Source of the DNA: Octopus sinensis | Taxonomy: Eukaryota | Assembly (NCBI RefSeq): GCF_006345805.1 | Contig: NC_043005.1 | Coordinates: 32,426,001-32,490,000, forward strand | DNA: 64,000 bases | Direction of reading: 5' to 3' | Shown here: positions 51,600-64,000 of the stretch, piece after piece | How the letters are laid out: every line of letters starts with the position of its first letter | Position numbering within the stretch: the first letter of the stretch is position 1 | Program-made: the position numbers and the translations under genes | The notes under the pieces: model-generated | Databases searched by the model: none | What the model was told of the DNA's origin: nothing | The model's input: the letters and a program-made list of their open reading frames with translations, nothing else

Positions 51600-54500
51600 T
51601 AAAGCATATCAAGAAAAATTCCTCAGGTAGGAATTATTCTTGTGAATCTATTTTTGCTCCACAGCTGATGGTGATTCTCTCCAATCTGTAGCAAGCCTAA
51701 AAAAACATCTGCCATATTGTTTCTATTATTTTTACATTTTAAAAAATGTTTCTTACATATGATTTTTAGCTGTACTCATTATATAGGTTGGATAGTTTTA
51801 CAAATTTAGATGTTTCTCTGCATTTATTGCAGCAGATGTTTCATGGATGAATGCTGTTTTCATCAATGAACCACTTCAGCCAGCTAAGAGGCTACCAGCT
51901 TTATTTCCCTTTTAACACATTTCTTTCTTTATCAAATTCTCCTATATATCTTAATCATACTTTAAACAAACCACATGGTGATATTACTGTCTTATTTATT
52001 ATTTATTTTCTTTATTTATCATTAGCCTATATACTTTTATATATATTGTAGAAATACTATTAATACACTTTCTTCATTTGCTATATTTACTGCTTCAAAC
52101 TCTCTACAGTAACTTTAAATCCATTGAAATCCTTATATATTATTGCCACTATCAGTGAAGTTAATTTCATGATCTTCCTCTCCACACCACTAATGATTTT
52201 TTAGACTGATAATCTCATCTAATTCATCATGACTCATATTGCTATACTATAACATCTAATAGACCATTTCTTACATGCAAATACTGCCATACACATTTAT
52301 TCTTCCAAAGAATAAATATCACCATCATACCCACCACATCACTGCTGTCACTCTTGTTCTTGTGTCTATTTTCCTGTGCTTGCAAGGTTAGACTAAATTT
52401 GTTGAGATAGATTTTCTATGGTTGGATGCTTGTTTTATTGTCAACCTTCACTTGTTTTTGAGTCAGGTAATATTTCCCCCTGGTCCTTTCAAACAATGAC
52501 TGGCTCAAAGGCCAGACGTCATTTGTATGACTAGTGGTTTTGTTTTCAATATGTGTGCAAGTGCAAAGAGAGATAACACACACAAACACACACACCCACC
52601 CCCACAATGTCCTTCATACAATTTCTGTCTGTCAAATTTCACTCACAGGATCCCAGCCTGTAGATACAGTAGAAGACATCAGCTGACTATGTTCACACAC
52701 ATTGGGAATAAACCTCCATGCACATTTTCTGAAGTGAACTTTTTAACTACTCACTCGCTCTCTCTCTCTCTCTCTCTCTCTCATGCGTGCGCGCACGCTC
52801 ATGTTCTGCCTAATTTCTGTCTACTAAATTTTACAAGGCATTGGTCATGTAGTAAAAACTGTTTTGTTTGGCAGCTTATAGGTAATGAAAACTAAACTAA
52901 TTTAAAACAAGTTCTCTCATTGGTTGAAAATCTTTCAGCCAAAATCATTCTAGGTTTTTGCCAGAATTCTTCTAAATGATATTTCGGAACGCTTCAAGAA
53001 ACTTCCATGGGAAGTTATAAAGCCAGGATTTTTTTCCGATTTTAGTTAGCAGATAGCATGCCTTCTGGAAGCTATGTCACTCAAACTCATATACAACACT
53101 CCTTACAGTTTGACGTTCTTGCACTAATGATATAAGAGATTATACTTCTCAATAATGACCTTAAGTCATAAACCTAACTCTTTCTGTAGTGTAGTTTCGA
53201 TGGACTAGATTAGTAATTCCTGTCACTTCTTGACGGATAAACTTTCAGACAAAAAAACAAAACAAAAAAACAAAAACAACGAAAAAGCTAGAAAATAACA
53301 TTCCTATACGATATGTTAACAGTTTGGTTTCATTGACAAAGGGAGATTACTCCCGATGTATTTATATGTAATTTATATGTATATCCGTGAAATAAAAAGA
53401 TTCGACTGAAACTATCTTTGTAATTGATCTTTTCTACACTTTTCCACAAAAATGTATTTGACTATTCTTGTCATTCTACCAACAGCAAGTTGCAAAAAGA
53501 AATGGGTTTAACTGGAAGACACATACACATCACACACAACATATTTAGTCAACTCAATTATATTGTATCCGATGGATACATCATCAAACCACTGAATCTA
53601 TACGAAGACAAAAAATAGAAGTCAAACTAAAGTATAAGTCAATCTGATATGATGGTAAAAAGCAATTGCCCAAAGTGCTGCATTCCGAGATTGAACCCAG
53701 AGCTGTGTAGTTTCAAAGTGAATTTCTTAACTTCACAGCCACACCTACACCCATTAAAAACTAATATTTTATACAGTCTGTGTTATTTGTAGTTTATATG
53801 ATTGAGCAATGTTATTTAGAGAGATCTTTGTTTAAACTCACCCCACCAACCCATAATTGTTACTCTATGAAATGTAGTACCGAGTGGATAGTTCTGAAAA
53901 TTGAAATCCCTTCCATTTTCAGTGAATTTGCTAAAGATAATTATGACAATGGATCTTGTCATGGTACAACTACATCACTTATGACCATCACTCCTGCCTT
54001 AACCCTACTACAATGTTAAATTGTACTTGAGAAGCTCAAGTGTGCTTTTCAGAAATATATACCAGTTGTGTGCAAAATTAATAATAATAATAATAATACA
54101 GTATTAGTTCATTTCCAGTTTGGAAACACTTAAGAAATTTGCTCTTTGCTGTTATTGTCATATATTTTGGTTACTTACTTCAAATGTCTGTCTTAGATTC
54201 CATTATTAAACTCTTCCTGTGTTAGTTTTTTGACACCAACAGTAATTTAGCTACATCATGATGTTTTATTTTTAATGTAAATTTTGCACATTGAAATTGA
54301 TAAAGCTTTTAAGCGGTGTTGTCTCGCCACCACCACTTTCCTGCTTTTAAACTGATGTCAAACCTCAAACAGGATCTTCTTTTATTGACACTGTAGTTCT
54401 AGTTTGAATATGATACGAGCTAAATCTGGCAGATCACTTAAAAACTGAAACTAAGTTTGATTGCATTACTTTTGCAGATGCTAGTTAGTGAAACTACATT

Positions 54501-55637
54501 GTTGTTGCTAGTGTGGTGATGTATATTAATTGCTGTGCAGCTTTTTCTTACTCTGTGGCTGATGGTAACACTCAGAACAACGTAATAAATTTTTTATTGT
54601 TAATGAGTTGATTCTATCTCTTATTCACAGGGAGCTTACTAAACTGAACCCTTCAAATTGTAAATCATTGTTATCAATGAATTAACACTTTCAAAACTAT
54701 AATATGCAGCAGTAATGAAAAGGATATCAAACTATAAATCCTCTTGATAAGTGACAAGTGATATTTGAAGCCAGTTTGCCCCCTCCCCCTCTCTCATGCA
54801 CACATACACACTCACTCGCTCACTCACTCTCCCCTCTCTCTCCTTCTCCTCTCTCCCTCTCTCCCTGAAACTGAGTTTTTGGCAGGTGTTGCTAAGCTGC
54901 TTGCAGTTGAACAGCTTTTCTTCAACAGTTTGAAAAAAATAAATCTTTATCTCTGATAATTGATATTTCAACACTGTTGTTAAATGTCATTTAAAAAATG
55001 TTGTTGCTTTTAAGATGTGAAACCTCTTTATGCTAATAGAAGAATTTATGTTTGAAATGAAAATGCTTCATTGCAAACTAAAATATTTTTGAATTCTGCT
55101 ATATTTTTTTATTATCACTGAATGAATTTAGTCCAAGGTGACCTGGCATAAATTTTCTATGATATTAATATGGTTATTATTTATAAAAATTAAAGAGCTG
55201 TATTGCTTTGAAACCAGAAAATCATTTGAATTAAACAATATATCTGTTTGTAATTATAAATAAGAAACACAATTAGATATTGAGCTATTTCTACATAAAG
55301 ATTGCTGTAGCATATCATAGCATATCACTCTGTGGAGATTATTACAACAGCAATATTCCTGTTCTGCTTGAAATGAATAGCAAAACCTTAATTCTAATTT
55401 GAATATATTTTGGAGGTTTATTTTCAAAGGCTTTGATACAGCTGTTATCCCATCTCAATCATATTACACAACTAACTCTTATTTACCATGATGTCTACTT
55501 CCTGATTTCATTTTAAATTTATACCATAGTATTTTAATTATATTTTAGGTGAATTTTAACATACTTAGGTATGCTCTCTAATAATTTTCTACTTATTTCA
55601 AACAGAAAACATTCTTCAAACATAGGCACCCTTAAGT

Positions 55638-56727
55638 ATGAACATGACAAAAAAGGATCTTCACTTTCTTTTCTTGCATGAGTTCAAGCTTGGGCACAAT
55701 GCTTCCCAAACTGCTGCTAATATCAACAGAGCATGGGGAGAGGGGTCCACAAGTGATTGCATAGTACAAAAGTGGTTTCAGAAATTCTGTAGTGGTGATG
55801 GGAGTCTTGATGAGGAAGAAGGTAGAAGACAGTCATGCAGTCTTGACAATGAACAATTGAAAGCAATTGTTGAACAAAACTCATGTCAAAGTGTCTGAAA
55901 AATGTTTCAGGTACTTAGTGTCGGTATTGCAATGGTCTCATGCAATCTGCAGAAGATTGGTAAGGTGAAAAAGCTCGATAAATGGGTGCTGCATGAGTTC
56001 AATGAAAATCAAAAGGTTTGGCGTTTTGAAGTGTGTTCATTGCTCTTTCTGCAAAACACTAATGATCCTTTTCTTGACTGAATAGTCACTTGTGACAAAA
56101 GGTGGATCCTTTATGATAGCCATAAACAATCACATCAATGGCTTGATTGTGATGAGTTCCCCAAACATTTCCCTTAGCCAAAGTTGCATCATCTTTGCTT
56201 TGGGAAATGTTTGGGGGACTCACCATAATCTTATGGTGACTGTCTAGTGGTGTGCAAATGGTGTTGTCCATTACAGCAGAGGTTTACTGCAATCAACTTG
56301 CTGAAATGCATGCTCACTTGCATTGGGGAATTGGCATGGCTCAATTCTGCTCCATGATAATGCAAAGCCACATGTTGCAAGAATGATGTTGCAGAAACTC
56401 AAAGACATGGGATACAAGACTTTACCACATCCTCCATATTCTCCTGATCTTTCACCTACTGACTACCATTTTTTAAAGCATTTAAACACATTTTTAAGTG
56501 ATAAAACTTTCAGGTCCAAACCATAGGTAGAATCAGCTTTCAAAGATTTCTTAGCATCAAAGCCAATAAGTTTTTATCACCGAGACATAAATAATCTCGT
56601 TGATCGATGGCAGAGATACATAGATGTTCACAGTTCATACTTTGGCTAATCAAAACATTTCTATTGTTAATTTTTCCAGAATGAAATTATGTTTCTGAAA
56701 TCGGCCATTATTTTTGGAACAACCTAA
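55638..56727 (+). mobile_element. Mariner transposon, near-complete but disrupted transposase with right TIR
   Basis: FLHEFKLGHNASQTAANIN, WFQKF, WVLHEF, VTCDKRW, LLHDNAKPH, HPPYSPDLSPTDYHFLKHL. Ends tttggaacaacctaa|TA; left TIR not recognisable. Confidence 0.93.
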
Positions 56728-56887
56728 TAGTTTAAAATCTAAACTTTAGATGATACAAGATAGTGACAACTATTTGATGTGCACTTTTTTTTTTTTATCA
56801 CATTACCAGTTTGTAAAAAGAAAGAAAAAACAAAAAAAGGCTATGTTAGAAAATGCCGATAAATGTGAATTATTAAACTGTAAATGT

Positions 56888-57106
56888 TTAAACTTTTGGC
56901 ATTCTGATTACTCTGTCAAATGTAAGGCTTATTTATTCATGCTGTTTTGAATTAATTGTGCATTATCTCAGCTTTGAGATTTCCATCATGAGTTCAAGCT
57001 CAAGACATTGTAAAGTAGGTATGAGAGGCTGAATCTAGCCAGTTTGAGCATAAAACAGGTAGAATATTTGAGCTGGATATGGCTGGTTTAAATGTTATAA
57101 TGTTAA
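56888..57106 (+). mobile_element. TTAA MITE, same family as 33110-33330
   Basis: Shared ctgtcaaatgt...gttttgaattaat...aaaacaggtagaatatt...ggatatggc. Confidence 0.75.
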
Positions 57107-57180
57107 ATATTTTAAATTGGAAATATATTTTATAATGTTATGTTAAATATTTTAAAATAGAAATATATTTTATTTTGCAG

Positions 57181-57214
57181 GTATTTCTGGGAAGGAGAAG
57201 TCTTTGATTATTTG
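57181..57214 (+). CDS. Candidate 34-nt internal exon of an unidentified host gene
   Basis: Acceptor ttttattttgcag| and donor TTG|gtaagt. Two frames are open: YFWEGEVFDYL or ISGKEKSLII. No neighbouring exons found in the window. Confidence 0.45.
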
Positions 57215-58030
57215 GTAAGTTTTGTCTTTTTCTAGTTAAAAATAGCAAATTTTAGTTTTTTTCACCTTAGTTTGGCCTGAATGTTTCTAAAAACTGAAGC
57301 AGTTCTTTATTACAGGTGTTTTTTTTTATGTTGTACGATCTTCCTCCTTCCTACAATTATTACTTTTACATGCAACATTAACTTTATTAAATGATGAAAG
57401 AGCAGTCAAGATTTTTAATGTTAGACATGATTCACACCAATTTGAAATGGAGAAGCCTCTTGATATGATTTGAACTTCATATCTCTCACTTACTGATTGA
57501 CCATGTTACCAATTGAACCACACAGCAATGCCATCTGCTTCAATGAAGTTCTTTAATTTGTTTCTGTTATTTGAACTGTTCTGTTAAATTAGCAGAAATA
57601 CCAAATGATAGACACATGGTTTAAGTATTAGCATCAGTGAGCTTCTTTCTCTTTTCTCAAATTGATGTTACTACTGTTTAATATCTCTGATTTCATCTCT
57701 TATCTTCATATCTACTTTAATCTAGCTGCACTGATGATCATATCATAATATTTCTTTTACATAACACATTAGCATCACTCTTCATTAACATTAGTGGTTT
57801 TGTTTGTTGTTTTACATTAAAATACAACCAGCAATTCATAGGACTACTTCCATCTGCAGTTCCACAGCCTGTAGCCATCTACGGTTGCCTCTCAATCTGA
57901 CTTTGATTTAATCAGATGATAAAACTTGTTTTTTATTTACCAGTTCTTTTTCTTTTAACTATTCTACTAAAATTATTGGATATTTCAAGGTACCCATGAC
58001 TGTACTATTTGTTGGTTCAAGCAAAGTTAA

Positions 58031-58656
58031 CCCTTTGTAGGCCAGCGAGGTTGGAATTACACAAAAGGCCATTGGTGTCCCGAGAGATCCCCTTTTATTT
58101 TTGCTCATTTCTGCACTATCCATAAAGTAATATTTGTTTAATCTTGTATATATCTGTGAGTGCATAATACAGAACTAGAAATTTAGCACTTGATATGTAT
58201 ATGTTTGTAATTATTTGAGTTTAATGGAGGGGAATTAAGATATAATTTATTGACTGAAAAAATCCTTTATTGAAAAGTATTAACATTTTAAAAATAGTTT
58301 TATAAACTATACATATAGCACTAAATATAAAATAAAACAAAATTATTTAGTATATCGATTCATACTAGTACAAATACGAAGAAAATTGACTTATAGTTCA
58401 TCGGAATATCTGAAAAAATAACAGAAAAATAATTTCACTCTATGATACCTGGGTTCCAGTTGGACCCAAGATATCATATTTTATGCTTTAGCATCCATAT
58501 AACTGGAAACTTTTAACTCAAAATTTGTATGTGTAAACATAAGCTTTTGACAATACAAGTCATGAAATATAAAATTATTTAGATAAAAAAATGTAAAAGT
58601 TGTGTAACTTTTAAAATTTGTTGGGGTCCCAAGGGAGCCTGCTGGTCCACAAAGGG
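58031..58656. mobile_element. Non-autonomous piggyBac-like element (626 bp)
   Basis: TTAA|CCCTTTGTAGGCCAGC ... GCTGGTCCACAAAGGG|TTCA: 14/16 TIR match, TTAA TSD with one mutation. Confidence 0.8.
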
Positions 58657-61600
58657 TTCATTCTATGTTGGAGAAGGAAGCCCCTCTTATTTTTTTTCTT
58701 TTGGTTCTTTTATATGAATTGGTTGGAGGAAGAAGCAATGCTTTTTGCTGTTGTAAAGGCACCATATTTTCTTAATTTATTCTAATCTTTTACCTGGCCA
58801 CTTGGCCAAACTGTTCATGGTATCTCCAATATTTACATTAAAGATCAAGTAAAAGCCTACAAGATTTAGTTTCGTCACAACGTACCAATTTGATTTTAGC
58901 ATCATCTAGCAAATGGAACTAAGATATGCAAAAGTCCTCTGTAGTTCTGATTTCAGTGCATGTATTTTGGTCAGAAATATAGTAATTGAAAGGGTTAAAT
59001 GTTAATTGTTTCTGTATATTTAGTTGTTTTGAATTCAAACAATTTCTGAATCTAAAGAAAATGTTCCTATCTTTTAAATGATGTAAGTTTAAACACAAGA
59101 ATTTTTATTTAGCTTAATGCAGTTATCACTAATGTCACAAAACTACATGTCACTTAATTTTAGAATATTTAAAGCATAGATTTAGTTTTCAACAAAATGG
59201 AATGTGTCCCTTCCATTTTATAGAAATTAGTGGAGTATCTGAAATTTCTTTGTCACATCTATGATTTTAAAATTTTGATCATGTTTGAAATTTCTTTGCA
59301 ATTTTTAGAGCCATAATTATACTTTTAATTGAACTCCCTAGATTTTGTTTTTCAATACTCATGTTGAACCAATAGCTTACAGGTTCAAACTATGTTTAGA
59401 GCCAATTATATTGACTTTCAGCAAGTTACACATTATTTTGCTTATCTCAGCACGAATCATTTGAAAATGCCCCGCCCCACTTTTGTAGGTTAAAGCTGGA
59501 AGATCAGTTGTTGAATTATCAGAACACTTGCTGTTTCAATTCATGAATAAATAAAAAAAATGAATCCTTTATGAGGTTGTTAGTGCCATTAGCTAGGAAC
59601 ATCAAAGAAGACTTGGAAAAAGAATTTCTCTCTGCATCTAATTTAATAGCAAATCAATTCCAATATTGCAGTGAACCCTCTAAAAATATATATTTTATTC
59701 TGTAAGGTGTATTTCGTAACTTTTCTATGTATTTATTTTTTAAACAAAATGTCAAAATTGAATCAAATAGGTTGAATAAATATATTGAACTGAAAATATG
59801 TCTATGAGTCAGAGGAAAATGTGTTATCATCTATAAGACTAGTTTTGATTCTTAGTTGATGTGGTTTTATGCATTTTGCCAAAATTGTTTCAGTAAGTTA
59901 TGAATACCATAGTTTTCCATTTCTCCTCTGATATATCTGACTCTTGATTATGTTTGTTAAATAAATACCATGCATGTACACTCAGCCCAGGTAAGTTATG
60001 TAACTTTTATAAACGGGAGATTCTATATTGCATATTAAGTGACCTACATCAAGCTGTGTGTCATCAGCTATTCTGATGATTAATTACATTTTTGTTGTTC
60101 TTGGTGCTGCTACCTGGCATTAAATTTAGTTGAAACAGAGCCTGTGTCTTGCATATTATTTTTATGCATTAATTAAAAGCTCTTCACTTAAAACAAATAT
60201 TACAGTTTTCTGTCAAGGAGACATATGTAGGCTAAAAGAGGTATACACAACAGTTCGGTGTCACAAAACACATGATATAGCTTAATGTATGCAGCCCAAA
60301 ATAGAGTTTCTCTTCCTTTTCCCAAGGTGATCTAATTGAAATATTAGTTACTAAATATTATATTTAATGTATTTTCAATAAAATTTAATCACTACATTAT
60401 TTTCATTGAGTACTGTTTAGTGAACTCTATAAAATCTGTTCTATTTCTATTTAAATGGTAACAATATCCTTTAGAAACTATTTTTTAATCCCTAGCAGGT
60501 TTATGTTTACATAAGCAGGTACTGCAGAAATAAAAAGATGAACAATTATTTGGTTTGTCTAGAAATAACTGTTGAGTACTTTTCTTGCAGTTGTTTTCTT
60601 TTTGTAATAGATCCCTAGCTTCACATCCTTTCAAACTAGAAACCCAATTCCCTCCAATTTTTATTTTTTATTTTTATTTTAATGAATACAGTTTTCATAC
60701 AAGTCTTAGATACTATTTTCAGGTTTTCACTACATTTACTGGGATCTGTACTTAAAGCTGGTTATAGCAACTAGCTGAGTAAATATACTGTTTATCTTTG
60801 TACAGTTCCTTCCTTTAGTAGAACTTCCCTTTAACTGTTTGCTTTTTTAATGGAATTACTCTTGAATAGAGCTTTTAGAAATGGATTTATTTGATCTTCT
60901 GCTTAGAATCTTTGCTTAATCTGCTGTGCTGTGCTCCCAGCAGCAACAAAGTCCTAGTTTCTTTAATCATTCAACTACAAAGCTCCTTACTGTTGAATTC
61001 AAGCTGTCACTGTTTACTCCAATATTCATCAACTTGCTTCATTTGATTTTGCTTCTTAGGTTTTTGATTCAAATCCACTCTTCTAGACTTTGGCTGCAAT
61101 TTTCAACATATTTTATTGAGAATCTGGTTACCATTTTTTGTGATTTCCCTAAGAATAGGAAAAATAGGATGTCTGCTAGATCCATCTCTGTTAATTTTCT
61201 CCTAAATTTTACTTCCTTACCCATCTTCTGAAAACGCTCTCTTCTGCACTGTCTCTGTTACACATGCACATACACATAGTCATTTTTGCCTCAGATGTGT
61301 GTACACACTTTAAATGGGAGATTAATCATCAGAAAATCATAATGTTAATGATAATTGTGAACATAGACTTTTATTAGAAATTTAAGGGGGCGGTGAAGTT
61401 AAAGGCCTTAGTTAGAAATTTAAGGGAACGGGATCAAGTTAATTAAGCTTTATCAGTAATTGACTGGTACTTTATTTTATTGATCCTAAAAAATAAAAGA
61501 CCAAGTTGGCCTCAAATTTGATTTCAGAATACAAAGAGCTGGAATGATTCTGTCAATGTAAGACTAATGATTCTACCATTCGCTGTCAATCTTCCTTCAA

Positions 61601-63196
61601 AAATTTAATAAATTTCAGATCTTTGTCGTCTTTCTTTCTCTCATTCTCTCCTTAGTGTACTTTTCTCTATCAGTGAGTGTTATTATTCTCAGTTATAATA
61701 CTCACTATTATACTTCATCTATTTACTGTCACCTCTCTCTTACTTACACATTTCATACTTGTTTAAATTCACCATTCCAAATCACTAATTAAAATACTTA
61801 GCTGACCATTTGATAAATTATTTTGTCCATCAAATAAACATTTTACTTCAGTTTTACTTCCTGCTTTCCTTATCCAACCAAATACTCCTTGAAGATATCT
61901 TACACTTAAATATCTAAATTAACTGAATTTTACCACCATTGTATGAAATGGAGAAGACATTTTACCTTCATAAAAAAGAGTATCTGCTTTGATTGATGAG
62001 GACTGCCAACTACTTATAATTTATCCCTCATCACCACCCTCCCTGCTTACATTAATTCAATGATTCTCAATTGGTCTCCTAATTATTTGTGGAATTCCCC
62101 ACTTCATCATCTTTATTAATGAGAAAACAAAATACAGTCAACATCCATATAATTCTTCATTTTTTACCAGAATGTTAAGCAAGTTCAAAATTCTGTTTTA
62201 ATTTTATTAAACATAGTGATTTGTCTGCCCATGTTTCAATCCTTACAGCCTCTCTCTGCAGAGACCTTCCCCCCAACCACCGTTAATGAGAAATATTAGA
62301 TTAGTTGGATCTACAAGTCCTGATGGTTGCAAAGATTATTCTACAAATGAATTTTTTTTTTAATGCTAACTATTTATGAAGCTATTTGGTGTGAAGATGT
62401 GCTGTCTGTGAATGGTCCATTGTCAGATGTTTTCTCTCTCGTCTTTATATAAATCTTCAACTAGAAACCTCTTTAACTATATTTTTGCTATATATTTTGT
62501 TCTCAACAAATATTACTTTTAACTTTCTTGATAAGAACTTCATTCAAAACTGCAATCTTTCATAATGGCCACTCAGTTCAGTTTTGAGTTGCAATGTTAA
62601 AAACAAAAAGAAGTTTACAGAAATCTTCAATCACTTTCATGCCAAGTTTGTATTGGCAACTGCTGTTTGGAGTTCAGAAAGAGACTGTTTAAAGGAGATT
62701 GGAGTACAGATGTCAAGTTTATTTAATATATTTGCATTTCATTATATTTATAAAACTCCTAGACATTGTTTAGTGGCAATTTTGTAAAAAAAAAAAAAAA
62801 AAAAATGCTCTGTGGTTGAAGATTCAATCTTTGTAAAAACCTTGTAGTCATTCAGTACACAAGGTGTGTTTAATAAGCTATGAACTAGTTTATTATACAG
62901 CTCAGCTGCTTTTACAAAAAATGTATTTGTATTAATTCAAACATAAAAGATGGTAATAAATTATTGTTTGTATTGAACATATTCAGTAGAATTGCATACT
63001 CAGGCACTTGAAAATTTTAGTTTTTGCTACTATATCTAAGAATTTTGGAAAATATTGATTAAAAAAAAAAGAGTTTATTCAAAATATAACGTCTTTCTTG
63101 GCTTTATCTTGTCTGTGAACCTCTGTACTCTCAAGTCTTGTCTTCACAATTTCTTTCAGTCTATTTCTCCCATTTTTGTTTTCTGCTAGAATACAC

Positions 63197-63314
63197 CGGG
63201 GTCTAGGACAGTTGCGTACTGGACATTTGCGCCCCAGACAACTGCATACCAGATAATTGTGTCCCTGGACATTTACATCCCTAGACAAATGTGTTCTTGG
63301 ACAATTGTGTCTCT
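63197..63314 (+). repeat. 7 tandem 15-16-bp units (rgacaw..gygycc-like); probable structured terminus of a DNA transposon
   Basis: Units start at 63206, 63221, 63236, 63251, 63267, 63283 and 63299, after cggggtct. Confidence 0.7.
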
Positions 63315-64000
63315 CTATTATTTTGAAATATTAACTATTTTTTTTCAGGTATATTTTTTGTTTGTAATTGTAAAAAAAACACATTTAATAACCCTAAAGA
63401 AGGGAGTAGGTAATAATAAATATTTAAAAAAAGGAATAAAAGAAATAAAAGTGTTTAAAATTTACAAGTTTATTTTTGTTTAAAAAACGAAAACAGATTA
63501 GCAATATTAAAAAAATATTTCAAGATTTTAAAATTATTGTAGTTTCACAAATAAATCAAAAGGTGTGATATTGTGAGCTATTCCTTTAAAAAAATTTATC
63601 TTGTTTTCAGGAGTATACTTATCTAATAATGCCATGTTTCTCTTAGTTGCATTTTTATTTTATTACCGTACTAGAATTTCTCTTTGAAAGTCCCTTTTTT
63701 TTTCTTAAAGACAATAACCTCCTCCTTTTTCAGTGTCGCAATCAGTTTCCAAATAGTGGGGGTGTTGACATGATGAATATTGCAAAGCCTTGTGCAATCC
63801 CTCTAAGCTGTTATTAGATTTAGGCAACTAATTTATAACTCTTTCTCAAATATTCCAAGACTCAACAGAAAAAAATTGGTTTCATTCTTATCCTTCTCCG
63901 GTCTGTTGCTTGGCCAATGTATGTCATTTCAAAGTAGGTGGTAAATTCTGGAGGCAAATCACAATTGTCAGACAAGATGATAAAACCATCGACAATGTCA

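Noticed and set aside
51028-51691. Repetitive ORFs and a CRISPR-like appearance
   Set aside because: Head-to-tail 62-bp units with no unique spacers, inside a SINE-like element. All frames are open only because the unit lacks stops, and there are no cas genes.
57181-57240. Assignment of the exon to MARK/Par-1 kinase
   Set aside because: Only 11 codons; the unspliced continuation is VSFVFF* rather than VAHGRM, and no other kinase exons are seen, so no gene symbol is given.
59894-59996. Perfect donor site CAG|GTAAGT at 59990/59991
   Set aside because: From the nearest plausible acceptor all three frames contain stops; no supportable coding exon. A non-coding or micro-exon cannot be excluded.

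Overview
AT-rich, repeat-dense eukaryotic DNA that is almost entirely non-coding. The repeat content (tRNA-headed SINEs with internal microsatellites, RTE-tailed (GAT)n elements, many TA/CA/GA tracts) looks like a cephalopod, probably Octopus; this taxon call is an inference. No intact protein-coding gene is visible. The only host-gene candidate is a 34-nt exon at 57181-57214 (+), which would make most of the window intron. Recognisable content is decayed mobile DNA: three mariner copies, a Helitron with a PIF1 helicase remnant split by a hAT MITE, non-autonomous Helitrons, TTAA (piggyBac-type) MITEs, RLE, RTE and CR1-like LINE fragments, and Penelope-like RT and GIY-YIG fragments. The most notable signal is a cluster of type I hammerhead-ribozyme-like motifs. 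Two are near-canonical and sit 359 nt apart in a direct repeat with retrozyme-like layout (3364-3970). One sits inside a 100-bp-arm palindrome (14986-15071), and several degenerate ones lie elsewhere, including in both arms of a 1.75-kb inverted repeat. All motif calls and alignments were made by eye and element boundaries are approximate unless TIRs/TSDs are quoted.
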